The notes under the pieces: generated by a model
What the model saw: only the letters and a program-made list of their open reading frames with translations
Database searches by the model: none
Told to the model about the DNA's origin: nothing
Shown: positions 51,674 through 60,703 of the stretch, piece by piece
Layout: the number at the start of each line of letters is the position of its first letter
Numbering within the stretch: position 1 is the stretch's first letter
Source of the DNA: a virus
Length of the DNA: 64,000 bases
Virus record (IMG/VR): IMGVR_UViG_3300045993_000918
Direction: 5' to 3' (one strand)
Position numbers and translations under genes: made by a program

Positions 51674-51831
51674 GTCGGGTCCTCGATCGCGTCCTCGGAC
51701 GCGGCGGTGTGCTGCTCGCCCCACTGGTCCGCGCGGGCACGCGTCTGCGTGGGCACGGAGGCCCAGCCGCAGGCGCAGGTGGCGACGAACAGGCCGTCGT
51801 GGCCGCGCTTGGTGACCGCGTTGTGCTTCAT
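51664..51831 (-). CDS. small protein (55 aa)
   Basis: Tail of track ORF 51664..52035; MKHNAVTKRGHDGLFVATCACGW... Confidence 0.45.
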   Translation of the reverse strand: MKHNAVTKRGHDGLFVATCACGWASVPTQTRARADQWGEQHTAASEDAIEDPTCL

Positions 51832-51848
51832 GTCCGGTAGCGTACCAG

Positions 51849-53183
51849 CTAGGCGGCTGACCTGATCTCGGCCGGGGTCAGCACGGCCCGGATGTGGGCG
51901 GCCTTCGCGAACAGGATGTCCCACTGGTTCCGGTCGACGGTCTTCGGCGTCACGAGCTGCCGGACCGTGACCGGCCGGAGCTGCCCGATCCGGTGCAGCC
52001 GCCGGACGACCTGCTCGACCTGGTCCGGGCGCCACGGTCGCTCGACGAGGATCAGCTCGTCGGAGGCGGTCAGCGTCAGGCCCTCGCCGATCACCAGCGC
52101 GGAGCCGATCAGCACGTCGAGCTCGCTACGCTGGAACGCTGCGATCGCCTCGCCTCGGGCCTTCGGGCTGGTGCTCTGTCCGACCGCGACGTAGCGCAGG
52201 CCCATCCGCTCGGCCACCCGGACCAGAGCCGCAGCCGTGTCCTTGAAGTAGCAGGCGACCAGCGTCGGCCGGTCGCGGTCCGAGAGCAGCTCGGCGACGG
52301 CGGCGAGCTTCCCGGAGTGCCGGTCGTCGGCGTCGGGATCAGCGACGCACAGTCCGGTGCTCATCATGCACAGCTTGATGAACTTCGAGGACGAGGTGAG
52401 CGCCTCGATCGAGACGCCCTCGGCCGGGAGCTCGGCGAGGAAGGTCTTCTCCATCTGCTTGTACGCCTGGCGTTGCGTCAGCGTCATCGGCGTGTAGAGC
52501 GGCTCGTCCACGCCGAGCAGCGGCGGGAGGTCGGGCTGGACGTCAGCGCGCAGCCGCCGGAGCATCCAGTCGGAGAGCTCCGCGTCGGCGAAGGCCTTCC
52601 AGTGCTCGCAGGACGACTCGAGGTTGATCGGCCCGCAGACGATCGGGTTGCAGCCCTTCAGCCCGGCGACCTCGTAGGCGGTCCACTGGCCGTGCACGAC
52701 GTCGAAGTACTGCCGCACCCAGTTCCAGTACGCCGGGCGCTCAGGGTCCAAGATCTTGAGCGGCGCCCAGAGCTCGACCGCCACGTTCGGGACCGGGGTG
52801 CCGGAGGCGAGGTGCACGCGGTCAGCGCGGTTCGCGAGCTTCGTCATCGCGAGGTTCCAGGACACCTTGCGGTCCTTGAGTCGGACGGCCTCGTCGGCGA
52901 GGACCACGGGGAAGGGGCGGCGGGTCGCCTCGGTCTTGACGATCTGGTGGTAGCTGATCACCGTGAGGTTCTCAGGATCGTGCCCGATCCGCTCGGCCTC
53001 CTGCTCCCAGACCTTCGCGTCCCGGATCATGCCCGGCGCAATCACGAGCGTCTCGACGTCGCCCGCGGCGGTCAGGAGCTGGGCGGTCTTCCCGACGCCA
53101 GCTTCGTCCGCGAGGTACGACCGCGGGTGCTCGCGCAGCCAGTCGACGCCCTGCTGCTGGTACGGGAAGAGCTCAGGCCGCAT
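51849..53183 (-). CDS. SNF2/RAD54-family helicase
   Basis: LFPYQQQGVDWL, LADEAGVGKT (motif I), VLADEAVRLKD (motif II), LTLTASDELILVERPWRPDQVEQVVRRLHRIGQ (motifs V-VI). Confidence 0.85.
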   Translation of the reverse strand: MRPELFPYQQQGVDWLREHPRSYLADEAGVGKTAQLLTAAGDVETLVIAPGMIRDAKVWEQEAERIGHDPENLTVISYHQIVKTEATRRPFPVVLADEAVRLKDRKVSWNLAMTKLANRADRVHLASGTPVPNVAVELWAPLKILDPERPAYWNWVRQYFDVVHGQWTAYEVAGLKGCNPIVCGPINLESSCEHWKAFADAELSDWMLRRLRADVQPDLPPLLGVDEPLYTPMTLTQRQAYKQMEKTFLAELPAEGVSIEALTSSSKFIKLCMMSTGLCVADPDADDRHSGKLAAVAELLSDRDRPTLVACYFKDTAAALVRVAERMGLRYVAVGQSTSPKARGEAIAAFQRSELDVLIGSALVIGEGLTLTASDELILVERPWRPDQVEQVVRRLHRIGQLRPVTVRQLVTPKTVDRNQWDILFAKAAHIRAVLTPAEIRSAA

Positions 53184-53418
53184 CGCCTGGGACCTCGAAG
53201 GCCCGGAACAACAGCTCCACCCACGGCTCACGCTCTCCGGAGCTCGCGAGCGCACTCGCCCGGGTGAGCTCGTCGAGCGAGACGCCGAACTCCTCCGCGA
53301 TCCTCACCGCGGTCCTCGGCGAGGCGATTCGCTCTCCGCGGCGCATGCGCGAGACAGCCGAATGGCTGAGGCCGAGCCTCTCGGCTACAGCATCGTTCGT
53401 CAGCTGGCTCATGGTCAT
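53173..53418 (-). CDS. XRE/Cro-like helix-turn-helix regulator
   Basis: 81 aa; LTNDAVAERLGLSHSAVSRMRRGER. First gene of the early block. ATG 6 nt downstream of TATACT. Confidence 0.7.
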   Translation of the reverse strand: MTMSQLTNDAVAERLGLSHSAVSRMRRGERIASPRTAVRIAEEFGVSLDELTRASALASSGEREPWVELLFRAFEVPGDAA

Positions 53419-53424
53419 GCTCCT

Positions 53425-53430
53425 AGTATA
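53425..53430 (-). promoter_or_regulatory. -10 TATACT, leaderless start of HTH gene (early operon)
   Basis: 6 nt upstream of ATG 53418. Confidence 0.45.
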
Positions 53431-53475
53431 CCCGACGGACTACCTGCGGCGCCAGCCTGCGAGACAAACCGCGAC

Positions 53476-53937
53476 CTACCAGATGATCCACCAGACGTGG
53501 ACTGACCCAGCGATCGCGATGTTGGCCTTGACCCAGTACGCCCGGAACCGGAACTGCGTGGCGGTGAACGACCCGGATATCGGCTGGACCGCGGCCACGT
53601 CGGTCCCGGCCTCGGCGATCGCGAGCCCCATGACCCCGGAGTCGGGAGTGAACCCGGCGCCGTGAGTCACCGTCGCCTCGCCGTTCGCGTCGGTAGTGAC
53701 CGTGTCCGTGCTGAAGGACGGCTTGTGGTTCGGCAGGTTCGTGTGGGTGTGGTTCCCGAGCGAGACCTGCGTGCTGCTGGTGCCGGTCGGGAGAGTCGCG
53801 ATCGTATGCGAGTGCGAGCTCGCGCTCTTGGCCGCCAGCGCCGTGTCGAGCGCGAGCGCGAGGTCCATGATCGCGTCCGGCCCGTCCGACGCGTCGAGGT
53901 AGGAGGGGTACGGCAGGCCGCCGGGAGTCGTAGGCAT
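53476..53937 (-). CDS. minor tail protein (fibre-like, 153 aa)
   Basis: ATG 53937 (ATGA overlap). N-terminal PGGLPYPSYLD motif common in actinophage tail fibres. Confidence 0.55.
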   Translation of the reverse strand: MPTTPGGLPYPSYLDASDGPDAIMDLALALDTALAAKSASSHSHTIATLPTGTSSTQVSLGNHTHTNLPNHKPSFSTDTVTTDANGEATVTHGAGFTPDSGVMGLAIAEAGTDVAAVQPISGSFTATQFRFRAYWVKANIAIAGSVHVWWIIW

Positions 53938-54878
53938 CAGCTCAGCCCCAGTCGTGTCCAGGTGGCGAGGTCGGTCTGCCCGGAGGCGGGCAGGCCGTGG
54001 CCGCGCTGGAAGGCGAGCAGCGCGTTGTGGTCGGTAGTGCCCCAGGTCGTCGACGGCCCGACCAAGTACCTGTGGCCGTAGCCGAGCACCGTCAGGGCGC
54101 AGCCGACCAGCAGCGCGTTGTGGCCCCGAGGCGTGAGCGTGCGCGGCCACGGAGTCTTCGGTACGGCCTGCTCCCACGCGCGCTTCCAGGTGAGCGAGCC
54201 GGGGTGCCCGTCGGCGTCCGAGCCACGCCAGCCCTCGCTGAGCTGGAAGGCCTTCGTCGCGGCTTCAACGCCGCTCGTCCAGCTGTGCGAGAGCTGGCCG
54301 GTGCGAAGGTGCCCGAGCAGAACCATCCGCGACCCCCACTCCAGGATCGAGTCGCTGCTCTTCCCGCTCTGGAACGCCGCGGCCCCGGGGAAGGTGGGCA
54401 CGGAGTTCCCGGGTCGCGGGTAGGCGGGGTTGAGCCACGGAGCCACCGGCGGGACTGGAGATGTCACCGGCTTGAGGTTGATCGCGCCGGAGGGCGTCCG
54501 GACGATCCAGCCGAGCTGCCGGAGGCCCCAGCTGTCGTGGACCAGCCTGAGCGGGACCTTGTCGATCTCGCCGCGCTTGAGGATGTCGTTGCTGTAGCAG
54601 TAGCCGCCCTCGGCCATGTAGACGACGTGCCCGGCCTCACCGCTGACCCGAGGATCGTCAAAGTAGACGAGGCTACCGGCCCGGGGCGTCCCGGTGCGCC
54701 GGTCGCGGGTTGGGGTCGCGTGCCAGGCGCCGAGCGCCGAGGCGGCCCAGCTGTTCGCGCCGACGCAGTTCCTCGCGAACATCTGGCAGAGTCGGTACCA
54801 GTCGTCCGGGTCGCCGGGTGGGTTCGGGTTCCGGCGCTGGCTCTCAGCGTACGCGAGGCCCGCGGCGTAGGACCTCAC
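53937..54878 (-). CDS. cell-wall hydrolase: NlpC/P60- or CHAP-like peptidase + two PG-binding repeats (lysin)
   Basis: GTG 54878. Cys in YRLCQMFARNC and His in GEAGHVVYMAEGG. C-terminal NALLAFQRGHGLPASGQTDLATWTRL. Confidence 0.65.
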   Translation of the reverse strand: MRSYAAGLAYAESQRRNPNPPGDPDDWYRLCQMFARNCVGANSWAASALGAWHATPTRDRRTGTPRAGSLVYFDDPRVSGEAGHVVYMAEGGYCYSNDILKRGEIDKVPLRLVHDSWGLRQLGWIVRTPSGAINLKPVTSPVPPVAPWLNPAYPRPGNSVPTFPGAAAFQSGKSSDSILEWGSRMVLLGHLRTGQLSHSWTSGVEAATKAFQLSEGWRGSDADGHPGSLTWKRAWEQAVPKTPWPRTLTPRGHNALLVGCALTVLGYGHRYLVGPSTTWGTTDHNALLAFQRGHGLPASGQTDLATWTRLGLS

Positions 54879-55042
54879 GTCTCGTCCTCGACGTCGGGCG
54901 CCGGGTCGGAGTCGACGTCCTGGACGAGCTCTTCGTCCTCGGCGAGGTCGGCGTACGGGAGAGGCGCGACCTCGACCTCCAGGTCCGCGGGGTCGATCGC
55001 CTCGGGGTCGTCGTCGTAGGCGCCCGCTTGCTCCTCCACCAT
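54875..55042 (-). CDS. small highly acidic protein (55 aa)
   Basis: Hand-found. SD GAGAGGAGGA before ATG 55042. MVEEQAGAYDDDPEAIDPADLEVE... GTGA overlap with lysin start. Confidence 0.45.
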   Translation of the reverse strand: MVEEQAGAYDDDPEAIDPADLEVEVAPLPYADLAEDEELVQDVDSDPAPDVEDET

Positions 55043-55108
55043 GCGTCCTCCTCTCTCCGGCCCCCATCGTACCTCAACGCGACCGGTCGAGTGAACCCGA
55101 CCTGGAAG

Positions 55109-56164
55109 TCACGCAGCCGCCTCGCACAGCGCGAGGTTCGACTGCAACCGCGGGACCTGGTCGCTCGGCGCCAGCTCGATCGCGGCCCTGGTCAGCTCGG
55201 CCGCTCGGGCGGGATAGCCGAGGTAGTACGACGCCACCCCGGCGACGTCGTACGGCGCCCAGCCCCAGGCATCCGGCTCGCAGAGGTAGACCATCGGCTT
55301 CTCGGTGATCGCCAGCGCCCGCTCGGCCGCCTCCAGCGCTTCGCTCCAGTCGCGGCTGGCTAGCCGGTCCCTCGAGAGATCCACCCACGGCTCGCGGAGG
55401 AACGGGCAGAGTTCCGTGGCGGCGACGAACCAGCGCGAGTCCCCTGTGATCTTCCCGAGGTAGCGCATCGAGGAAGCCCGCTCCGGCGCCCACACGGAGC
55501 TCGGCAGCGCGAGGTGCCGCCGGAACTCCGCCTCCGCGGCCCCGGGCTGGCCGGAGAAGAACAGGTCGCGAGCGTAGTAGTAGGCGTTCCGGTCGTTGTG
55601 CGGGTCTTCAGCGACGGCCATCGCGAGCAGCGGGAGGTACTGCGCCCGACTCTTGGCTGGGTCCGGGTGGTGGTGGATCTCGAGGTCGACGTAGCCTTCG
55701 ATCTGGACCTGCCCACCGTACGCGGAGCAGGTCTCGTGCACGGGTCCGCGCCAGCGGTATCCGCGCCGAGCGTGGATCTTGTCCCCTCCGTACTGCAGCC
55801 CGGGTGAGCCGTCCTCGTTCCAGCTCCAGGTGTAGACGTAGCGCGGCCGGGTCAGCCCGAGCTCGAAGCCCGCCTCGAGCGCGGCCCGCCAGCCCGGTAC
55901 GAGGACCTCGTCGAGGTCGAGCGCCACGCAGTAGTCGACATCGGCGCTGACGGCCGCAAGAGCGGCGTTCCGCGCGTCGTCGAACCGCCAAGGGGCGATC
56001 GTACCGTAGACCACCCGGCAGCCCGCTTCGGAGGCCTTCGTGGCCGTTTCGTCGGTACTCCCGGTGTCGAGCAGGACGATCTCGTCCGCCTCAGCGGCGC
56101 TGGCGGCCCAACGCTCGACGAACGCCTCCTCGTTAAGCGCGATGGCGTAGACAGCGACCTTCAT
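55109..56164 (-). CDS. family 2 glycosyltransferase with C-terminal TPR-like region
   Basis: ATG 56164 (TGATG overlap). MKVAVYAIALNEE...LLDTGSTDET...ALDLDE (DxD). Confidence 0.7.
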   Translation of the reverse strand: MKVAVYAIALNEEAFVERWAASAAEADEIVLLDTGSTDETATKASEAGCRVVYGTIAPWRFDDARNAALAAVSADVDYCVALDLDEVLVPGWRAALEAGFELGLTRPRYVYTWSWNEDGSPGLQYGGDKIHARRGYRWRGPVHETCSAYGGQVQIEGYVDLEIHHHPDPAKSRAQYLPLLAMAVAEDPHNDRNAYYYARDLFFSGQPGAAEAEFRRHLALPSSVWAPERASSMRYLGKITGDSRWFVAATELCPFLREPWVDLSRDRLASRDWSEALEAAERALAITEKPMVYLCEPDAWGWAPYDVAGVASYYLGYPARAAELTRAAIELAPSDQVPRLQSNLALCEAAA

Positions 56165-57057
56165 CAGACCCACTTCGTATAGGTGATCTTGAGCAGCGGC
56201 GGACTCGACTGGTTCGGGCCCCGGAAGTACCCGTAGTACTCGAGCGCGGTGGACGGACCTGGCCCGACCACGACCCCGTGGGTCGTGCTGGGCCAGTCGT
56301 CGGCCATCGCCGTGATGTTGCACCACTTCCCGCCGGACTTCGTCGACCAAGCCACGCGGACCTCGTCCTCGGCCGCGCTCGCGCCCGTGTGCGTGGCCGG
56401 TTCTGAGGTGAGGATGTGGTACCCGATCGAGGCGGTGCCCCCGGAGTCCGGCCCCCAGTGAATCGCGTAGAGCCACAGCTCAACCTTCGTCACCGTCGCG
56501 CCGGAGAGGTCAGACTGGATCGTAGCCGGGAACCCGATCAGGCTGCGCTGGTTCCCGTTGGTGCTGTCGAACTGACCCTGGTGCAGTTCGTCCGTCGCGC
56601 GCTTGTCGCCGTCCCCCTGGTACGAAGCTGCCCAGCTTGGCGCGTAGTTCTTGACGAACGTGGTCAGGACCTTCCGGACGACCGTCTTCGACGCCGAGGT
56701 CGAGGCCAGGTTTCCGGCTCCCGGGGTGTAGACCGCACGCCAGCTCCGGCTTGCCGCCTCGGTGTTCCCGGTGCGTGACCACGCTCCGGCAGAGACGGCG
56801 ACGGCTGCGCCCGAGTTGATCCAGCTGCCGCTGTAGTACTGGACTTGGACCGTGCCGTTCGTGACGTTCGCCCCAGCGAGCGTCTTGACCGTGCCGCTGA
56901 CGGTGAAGGCGGTATCACCGTTGGTAGAAGCCGGGACCGACGTCATCACCGTGGCAGTAGCGGCTGAGCCAGCGACGTTGAACGCCGCAGCCACGGGAGC
57001 GGCTGACGGGCGCCAGGCAGCGCCGTCCCACCACTTGACTCGATCGTAGGCGGCCAT
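56164..57057 (-). CDS. minor tail protein (297 aa)
   Basis: Track ORF; Ser/Thr/Gly/Ala-rich beta-type composition; tail module position. Confidence 0.6.
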   Translation of the reverse strand: MAAYDRVKWWDGAAWRPSAAPVAAAFNVAGSAATATVMTSVPASTNGDTAFTVSGTVKTLAGANVTNGTVQVQYYSGSWINSGAAVAVSAGAWSRTGNTEAASRSWRAVYTPGAGNLASTSASKTVVRKVLTTFVKNYAPSWAASYQGDGDKRATDELHQGQFDSTNGNQRSLIGFPATIQSDLSGATVTKVELWLYAIHWGPDSGGTASIGYHILTSEPATHTGASAAEDEVRVAWSTKSGGKWCNITAMADDWPSTTHGVVVGPGPSTALEYYGYFRGPNQSSPPLLKITYTKWV

Positions 57058-59540
57058 CAGGCCTCGCTCACGGTGATCTTCGTGAACCGACTGTTGCCGC
57101 GCGGGATGAAGTGGAACAGCGCCGAGAGCAGGCGAGCGGTGACGGCCGCTGCAGCGGTCCCGCCCAGGTAGTGCGCGAACTCGATGCTCGCTCCGACCCC
57201 TTCGTCGACCGCGCTAATCTCGATGACGTTCTGGCTGGTGAATCGCACCTCGCCGGTCGACGTGCCGCCGGTATGGCGGTTCTGTCCGTTGCTCTGCACG
57301 AGCTGGGTGGCCGTGCATCCGATCGCCGTCTTGGCGCGGACCTCCCAACCGATGAAGGCGTTCGCGGTGGAGCACTTCAGCAGCCCGCCGAAGTCGATGG
57401 TGAGCAGCCCGTCGCAGGGGAAGTCGATCGTCCAGGTGGACCAGCCCGCCTGCTCGAGGATCGTGCCGTTCAGAGTGCCCGGCGTGTGCTGCGTGCCTGA
57501 GTTGTTCTCCACCAGCACCCAGAACTCTTCGGCGTCGGCCTTCGAGGTGTCGTACCAACCTTGCCCGGGGTCGAGCACCGGCTCCGTGCCGGAGAATGTG
57601 ATCCCCGGCGGCGCGATCTCCTCCCAGTGTCCGACGCCGATCTCGTCCGAGGACCAGACCCAGCCAGTCGGACCACCCGCGGCGATGTCCTCGTCCGACG
57701 GCGGAAGCTGCAGGTCTCCGATCGTGGCCTGCTCGAATATCGCCTCCGTCGCGACCACCGAAGTGGCGATGACTCCGGCCGGTACGCGCACTGAGGCGTC
57801 GAGTCGGTAGATCTCGATCGAGTCCAGGTCGAAGACACCCGAGGCGCTGAGCCCGTTGACGACGCGGACGAACGGGCGCCAGTACCGCACGTCCTCGGCG
57901 ACCACGACGGCGGTATCCCAGTCGGCGTAGTAGACGGTGTCCGTGGTCGCGTACGCCCTGACATCGTCGACCCACGCCTGCTGCCCTGCGGTCGCGCCCC
58001 CCGACGGCCAGATCCCCAGGGTGTGGGCGGTGGCGGTCGGGACGAACTCCAGGGTGACCAGGTCGAACGCGTCCCTCACCGGGGACGAGTGCCCGACCTT
58101 CAGCCCGGCGATGACCAGTTGCAGCCCGGGGTGGCCGGTTGGCACGTACGCCTGGATGGTGACGCGGGTCACTTCGCCGACGGTGAGCCCAGTCAGCACG
58201 AGGCTGACGGTCGGCAGGAGACCGCCCGCGCCCCAGGTGATGAGCATGGACTTGGTGCCGACGTCGTAGGCGTGCGTGGCCGAGTTGGAGATGGCCGGTG
58301 GAACGGTCCCGCCCGTACTCCATGAGCCGGTCGTCCCGGCCTCGAACGAGGAATTCTCCGCGGACACCAGGTTGGTCAGCCCGCCCGCCCCGGACGGGAT
58401 CCGTTGCGCGCCCCCGACGTCGGCCCGACCCGAGATGTACGCTGCGGCGTTAGCTGGGATGTCGATCCAGGCGTCCGCGGACCCAGTCGGGATTGGGTAG
58501 TCGACCAGCGCGGAGTGCGGGTCGGTCAGCACCGCGGTGTTGTGCGCGTCGACGATGGTGGTGCGGTCCGCGGCGTAGCAGACGAACCCGGCGTGGATCG
58601 CGCCAGCGTTCGCGAATGCGGCGTTGGCCTTCCCTCGCATCCGGATCCGGTACAGGTCGTCGAGGCCGTACGGCAGCGGAGCTCCGAGCCACTCGGCCAT
58701 CGCGTCGTCCCCGGCCGCGGCGAGGGAGAACCGCATGACGCCCGGCACGGTCGGGGAGGCGGTGTCATTGTACCAAGCGACCGTCGAGGCGGCATCGCCC
58801 GCCACTTTCTCCCATGGGGAGATCCCCTGTTCCGGACCGAACCAGTTGATCAGCACGGGGTCGGTGACGATGTCGGCGATCACCGCGGCTGCAGGCGACC
58901 AGACGCCCGTGCCATCCGCCCCGGTGGCCGTGAGCACGTCCCCAGCCTCGACCGTCCCGACGAGCTGCGTGACCCGAAGGCCGCCGTCGAGGACGAGCAA
59001 GCCGGTCATCGTGTCGCCACCGACGTTGACGTAGGACGAGTCGTGGTTGTGCGCGTGGCCGTGCGCGTCGAAGGTCTGCTTGGTGATCGGCTCGAGCGGA
59101 GCTGTCGCGTCCGCTGACAGGACGAGCGGGCCAGTCATCGTGTCGCCGTCGATGTTGACGTAGACCGCGTCATGGCCGTGCGCGTCGAAGAACTGCTTGG
59201 TGACGGCCTCGAGCGGGTCCTCAGGGTCGAGTGCGAGGTAGAGGCGGCCGGTCATCGTGTCGCCAGACTTCAGCACGTACCCGACAGTTCCCGGGATCCC
59301 GGTGTCGCCTTCGATGGGGGTGTCCGTCGCGAGCGAGCCCACGACGACCATGCGCTCAGCTCGAGACAGGACGACCACGACGTCCTTGACTCGCGGCGAG
59401 TACGACCCGATCCGCGGGACTACGACGGCGGTCCCGGCCCCGAGGTCTACGCCGACCATCAGCGTGTCGCTGTAGATCTCCGTCAGCACCCCGGTGAGCA
59501 TCCGGACGGTGTCGGTCGGGAGGATCTGGCGCTCGGTCAC
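57057..59540 (-). CDS. tail fibre / minor tail protein (827 aa) with GDTMTG repeats
   Basis: Track ORF 57057..60407 trimmed to GTG 59540 (GTGA overlap). Three tandem repeats of about 40 aa: GDTMTGxL...PLE..TKQ.FDAHGH..YVN. Confidence 0.75.
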   Translation of the reverse strand: MTERQILPTDTVRMLTGVLTEIYSDTLMVGVDLGAGTAVVVPRIGSYSPRVKDVVVVLSRAERMVVVGSLATDTPIEGDTGIPGTVGYVLKSGDTMTGRLYLALDPEDPLEAVTKQFFDAHGHDAVYVNIDGDTMTGPLVLSADATAPLEPITKQTFDAHGHAHNHDSSYVNVGGDTMTGLLVLDGGLRVTQLVGTVEAGDVLTATGADGTGVWSPAAAVIADIVTDPVLINWFGPEQGISPWEKVAGDAASTVAWYNDTASPTVPGVMRFSLAAAGDDAMAEWLGAPLPYGLDDLYRIRMRGKANAAFANAGAIHAGFVCYAADRTTIVDAHNTAVLTDPHSALVDYPIPTGSADAWIDIPANAAAYISGRADVGGAQRIPSGAGGLTNLVSAENSSFEAGTTGSWSTGGTVPPAISNSATHAYDVGTKSMLITWGAGGLLPTVSLVLTGLTVGEVTRVTIQAYVPTGHPGLQLVIAGLKVGHSSPVRDAFDLVTLEFVPTATAHTLGIWPSGGATAGQQAWVDDVRAYATTDTVYYADWDTAVVVAEDVRYWRPFVRVVNGLSASGVFDLDSIEIYRLDASVRVPAGVIATSVVATEAIFEQATIGDLQLPPSDEDIAAGGPTGWVWSSDEIGVGHWEEIAPPGITFSGTEPVLDPGQGWYDTSKADAEEFWVLVENNSGTQHTPGTLNGTILEQAGWSTWTIDFPCDGLLTIDFGGLLKCSTANAFIGWEVRAKTAIGCTATQLVQSNGQNRHTGGTSTGEVRFTSQNVIEISAVDEGVGASIEFAHYLGGTAAAAVTARLLSALFHFIPRGNSRFTKITVSEA
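58986..59267 (-). repeat. three tandem GDTMTG-type repeats in the tail fibre
   Basis: SGDTMTGRLYL..PLEAVTKQFFDAHGHDAVYVNI / DGDTMTGPLVL..PLEPITKQTFDAHGHAHNHDSSYVNV / GGDTMTGLLVL. Confidence 0.75.
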
Positions 59541-60703
59541 GATGCACCTCCCCCACTCTCGAGCGCAGCGTCGAGTGCGGTCTTGCTCGCGGCCACGGTC
59601 AGCGACATCGGGCTGATCCTCTCCCCGAGCGGGATGGTGACGCCGATGACCTTGACCTTGATCTCGAGCTGGGAGGGTAGGACCAAGGTGAGGATGTCGT
59701 TCGGCTCGATCGCGGGGTTCGGCACGATCTGGACCGTGAACTGGACCTCCTGGTCCTTCTTGAGATTCGTCAGGCGGGTCCGGGCGCTGGCGTCGGCCGC
59801 GGCCTGCGTGGTGATGAACGGCGAGCTGAAGAACCCCGGGACCTGCCCGTACGGGCCGGTCCAGCGTGTCGGGCTGCTCGGGTCGTTGTCGTACGCCACC
59901 GACCAGTACGGCGCGATCGTTGCGCCGTCCTCGCCGCGAGCGACGATCGCATTGTAGATCGAGCTTCGGGAGTTGGTCGAGTCGATCGAGATCGCGACGC
60001 CCTGGCGTCCAGCTCCGATGCTCAGACCCGAGTCGACTGGAGTGGTGTGCTGCACGCGGAGGTCTCCGGCTCCGTCGATGTAGCAGTAGGCGTTGAGCGT
60101 AGAGGCGAGCTTCGCGACCGCTTCCGCTCGGTCCTCCTGGTAGACCAGGCCGCCCGGCGCGGCACGGTCGATCACGCGGAGGTCGACGACGCCCATCGGG
60201 ACGATCCCCGCGACTAGCCGAGCGATCTCCTGCAGGCAGGTGTTGCCGGGCACGGGCTGGGACTGCGTGACGAACCGGGCGTCGACGACCTTCGCCATCC
60301 GGTCCATGGCGTTGAGCGAGATGTCGGCGCCGGACCGGACCCAGTCCTCCCCGTTCGGGTGGACAGTCCACCGCTCGTCGGCTTTGAAGTCCTCGATCCG
60401 GAACCACCCCAGCTCGAGCGTCTCCTCCGAGCTCGGCCAGGCAACACCGGAGCGAACCCGCAGCTCCTGCCCGTAGACGTTGAGCGGGTCGTTCCCCTGC
60501 CGAGGCACCAGGTCGCCGATCCGGTCAGCCACCCGGATCGAGAGCTGGCCTTGCACCATGTCTGTGCGCGTGAGCGTGACCGTGCCACTCTCGATCGGGA
60601 GATCCGGGTAGACCAGCGCGCCGTCGTAGTAGGCGTCGACGTGCGACGCCACGGTGTGCGAACTCGCGACGGCGGCGAGGAACTCTGGAGAGGTGGCCTT
60701 CAT
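59537..60703 (-). CDS. Tal-like minor tail protein (388 aa)
   Basis: Track ORF; position after the Dit-like gene. Confidence 0.6.
   Translation of the reverse strand: MKATSPEFLAAVASSHTVASHVDAYYDGALVYPDLPIESGTVTLTRTDMVQGQLSIRVADRIGDLVPRQGNDPLNVYGQELRVRSGVAWPSSEETLELGWFRIEDFKADERWTVHPNGEDWVRSGADISLNAMDRMAKVVDARFVTQSQPVPGNTCLQEIARLVAGIVPMGVVDLRVIDRAAPGGLVYQEDRAEAVAKLASTLNAYCYIDGAGDLRVQHTTPVDSGLSIGAGRQGVAISIDSTNSRSSIYNAIVARGEDGATIAPYWSVAYDNDPSSPTRWTGPYGQVPGFFSSPFITTQAAADASARTRLTNLKKDQEVQFTVQIVPNPAIEPNDILTLVLPSQLEIKVKVIGVTIPLGERISPMSLTVAASKTALDAALESGGGAS

Noticed and set aside
18961-53418. HD-domain dATPase (DatZ) or DUF550 gene to complete a canonical Z cluster
   Set aside because: No ORF in the early region shows an H...HD...D metal-binding pattern that I could recognise. 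It may lie outside the window or be replaced by the NDT::dUTPase fusion.
59541-60407. N-terminal 289 codons of track ORF 57057..60407
   Set aside because: The Arg/Pro/Gly-rich extension overlaps the Tal-like gene. The true start is the GTG at 59540 overlapping that gene's stop.
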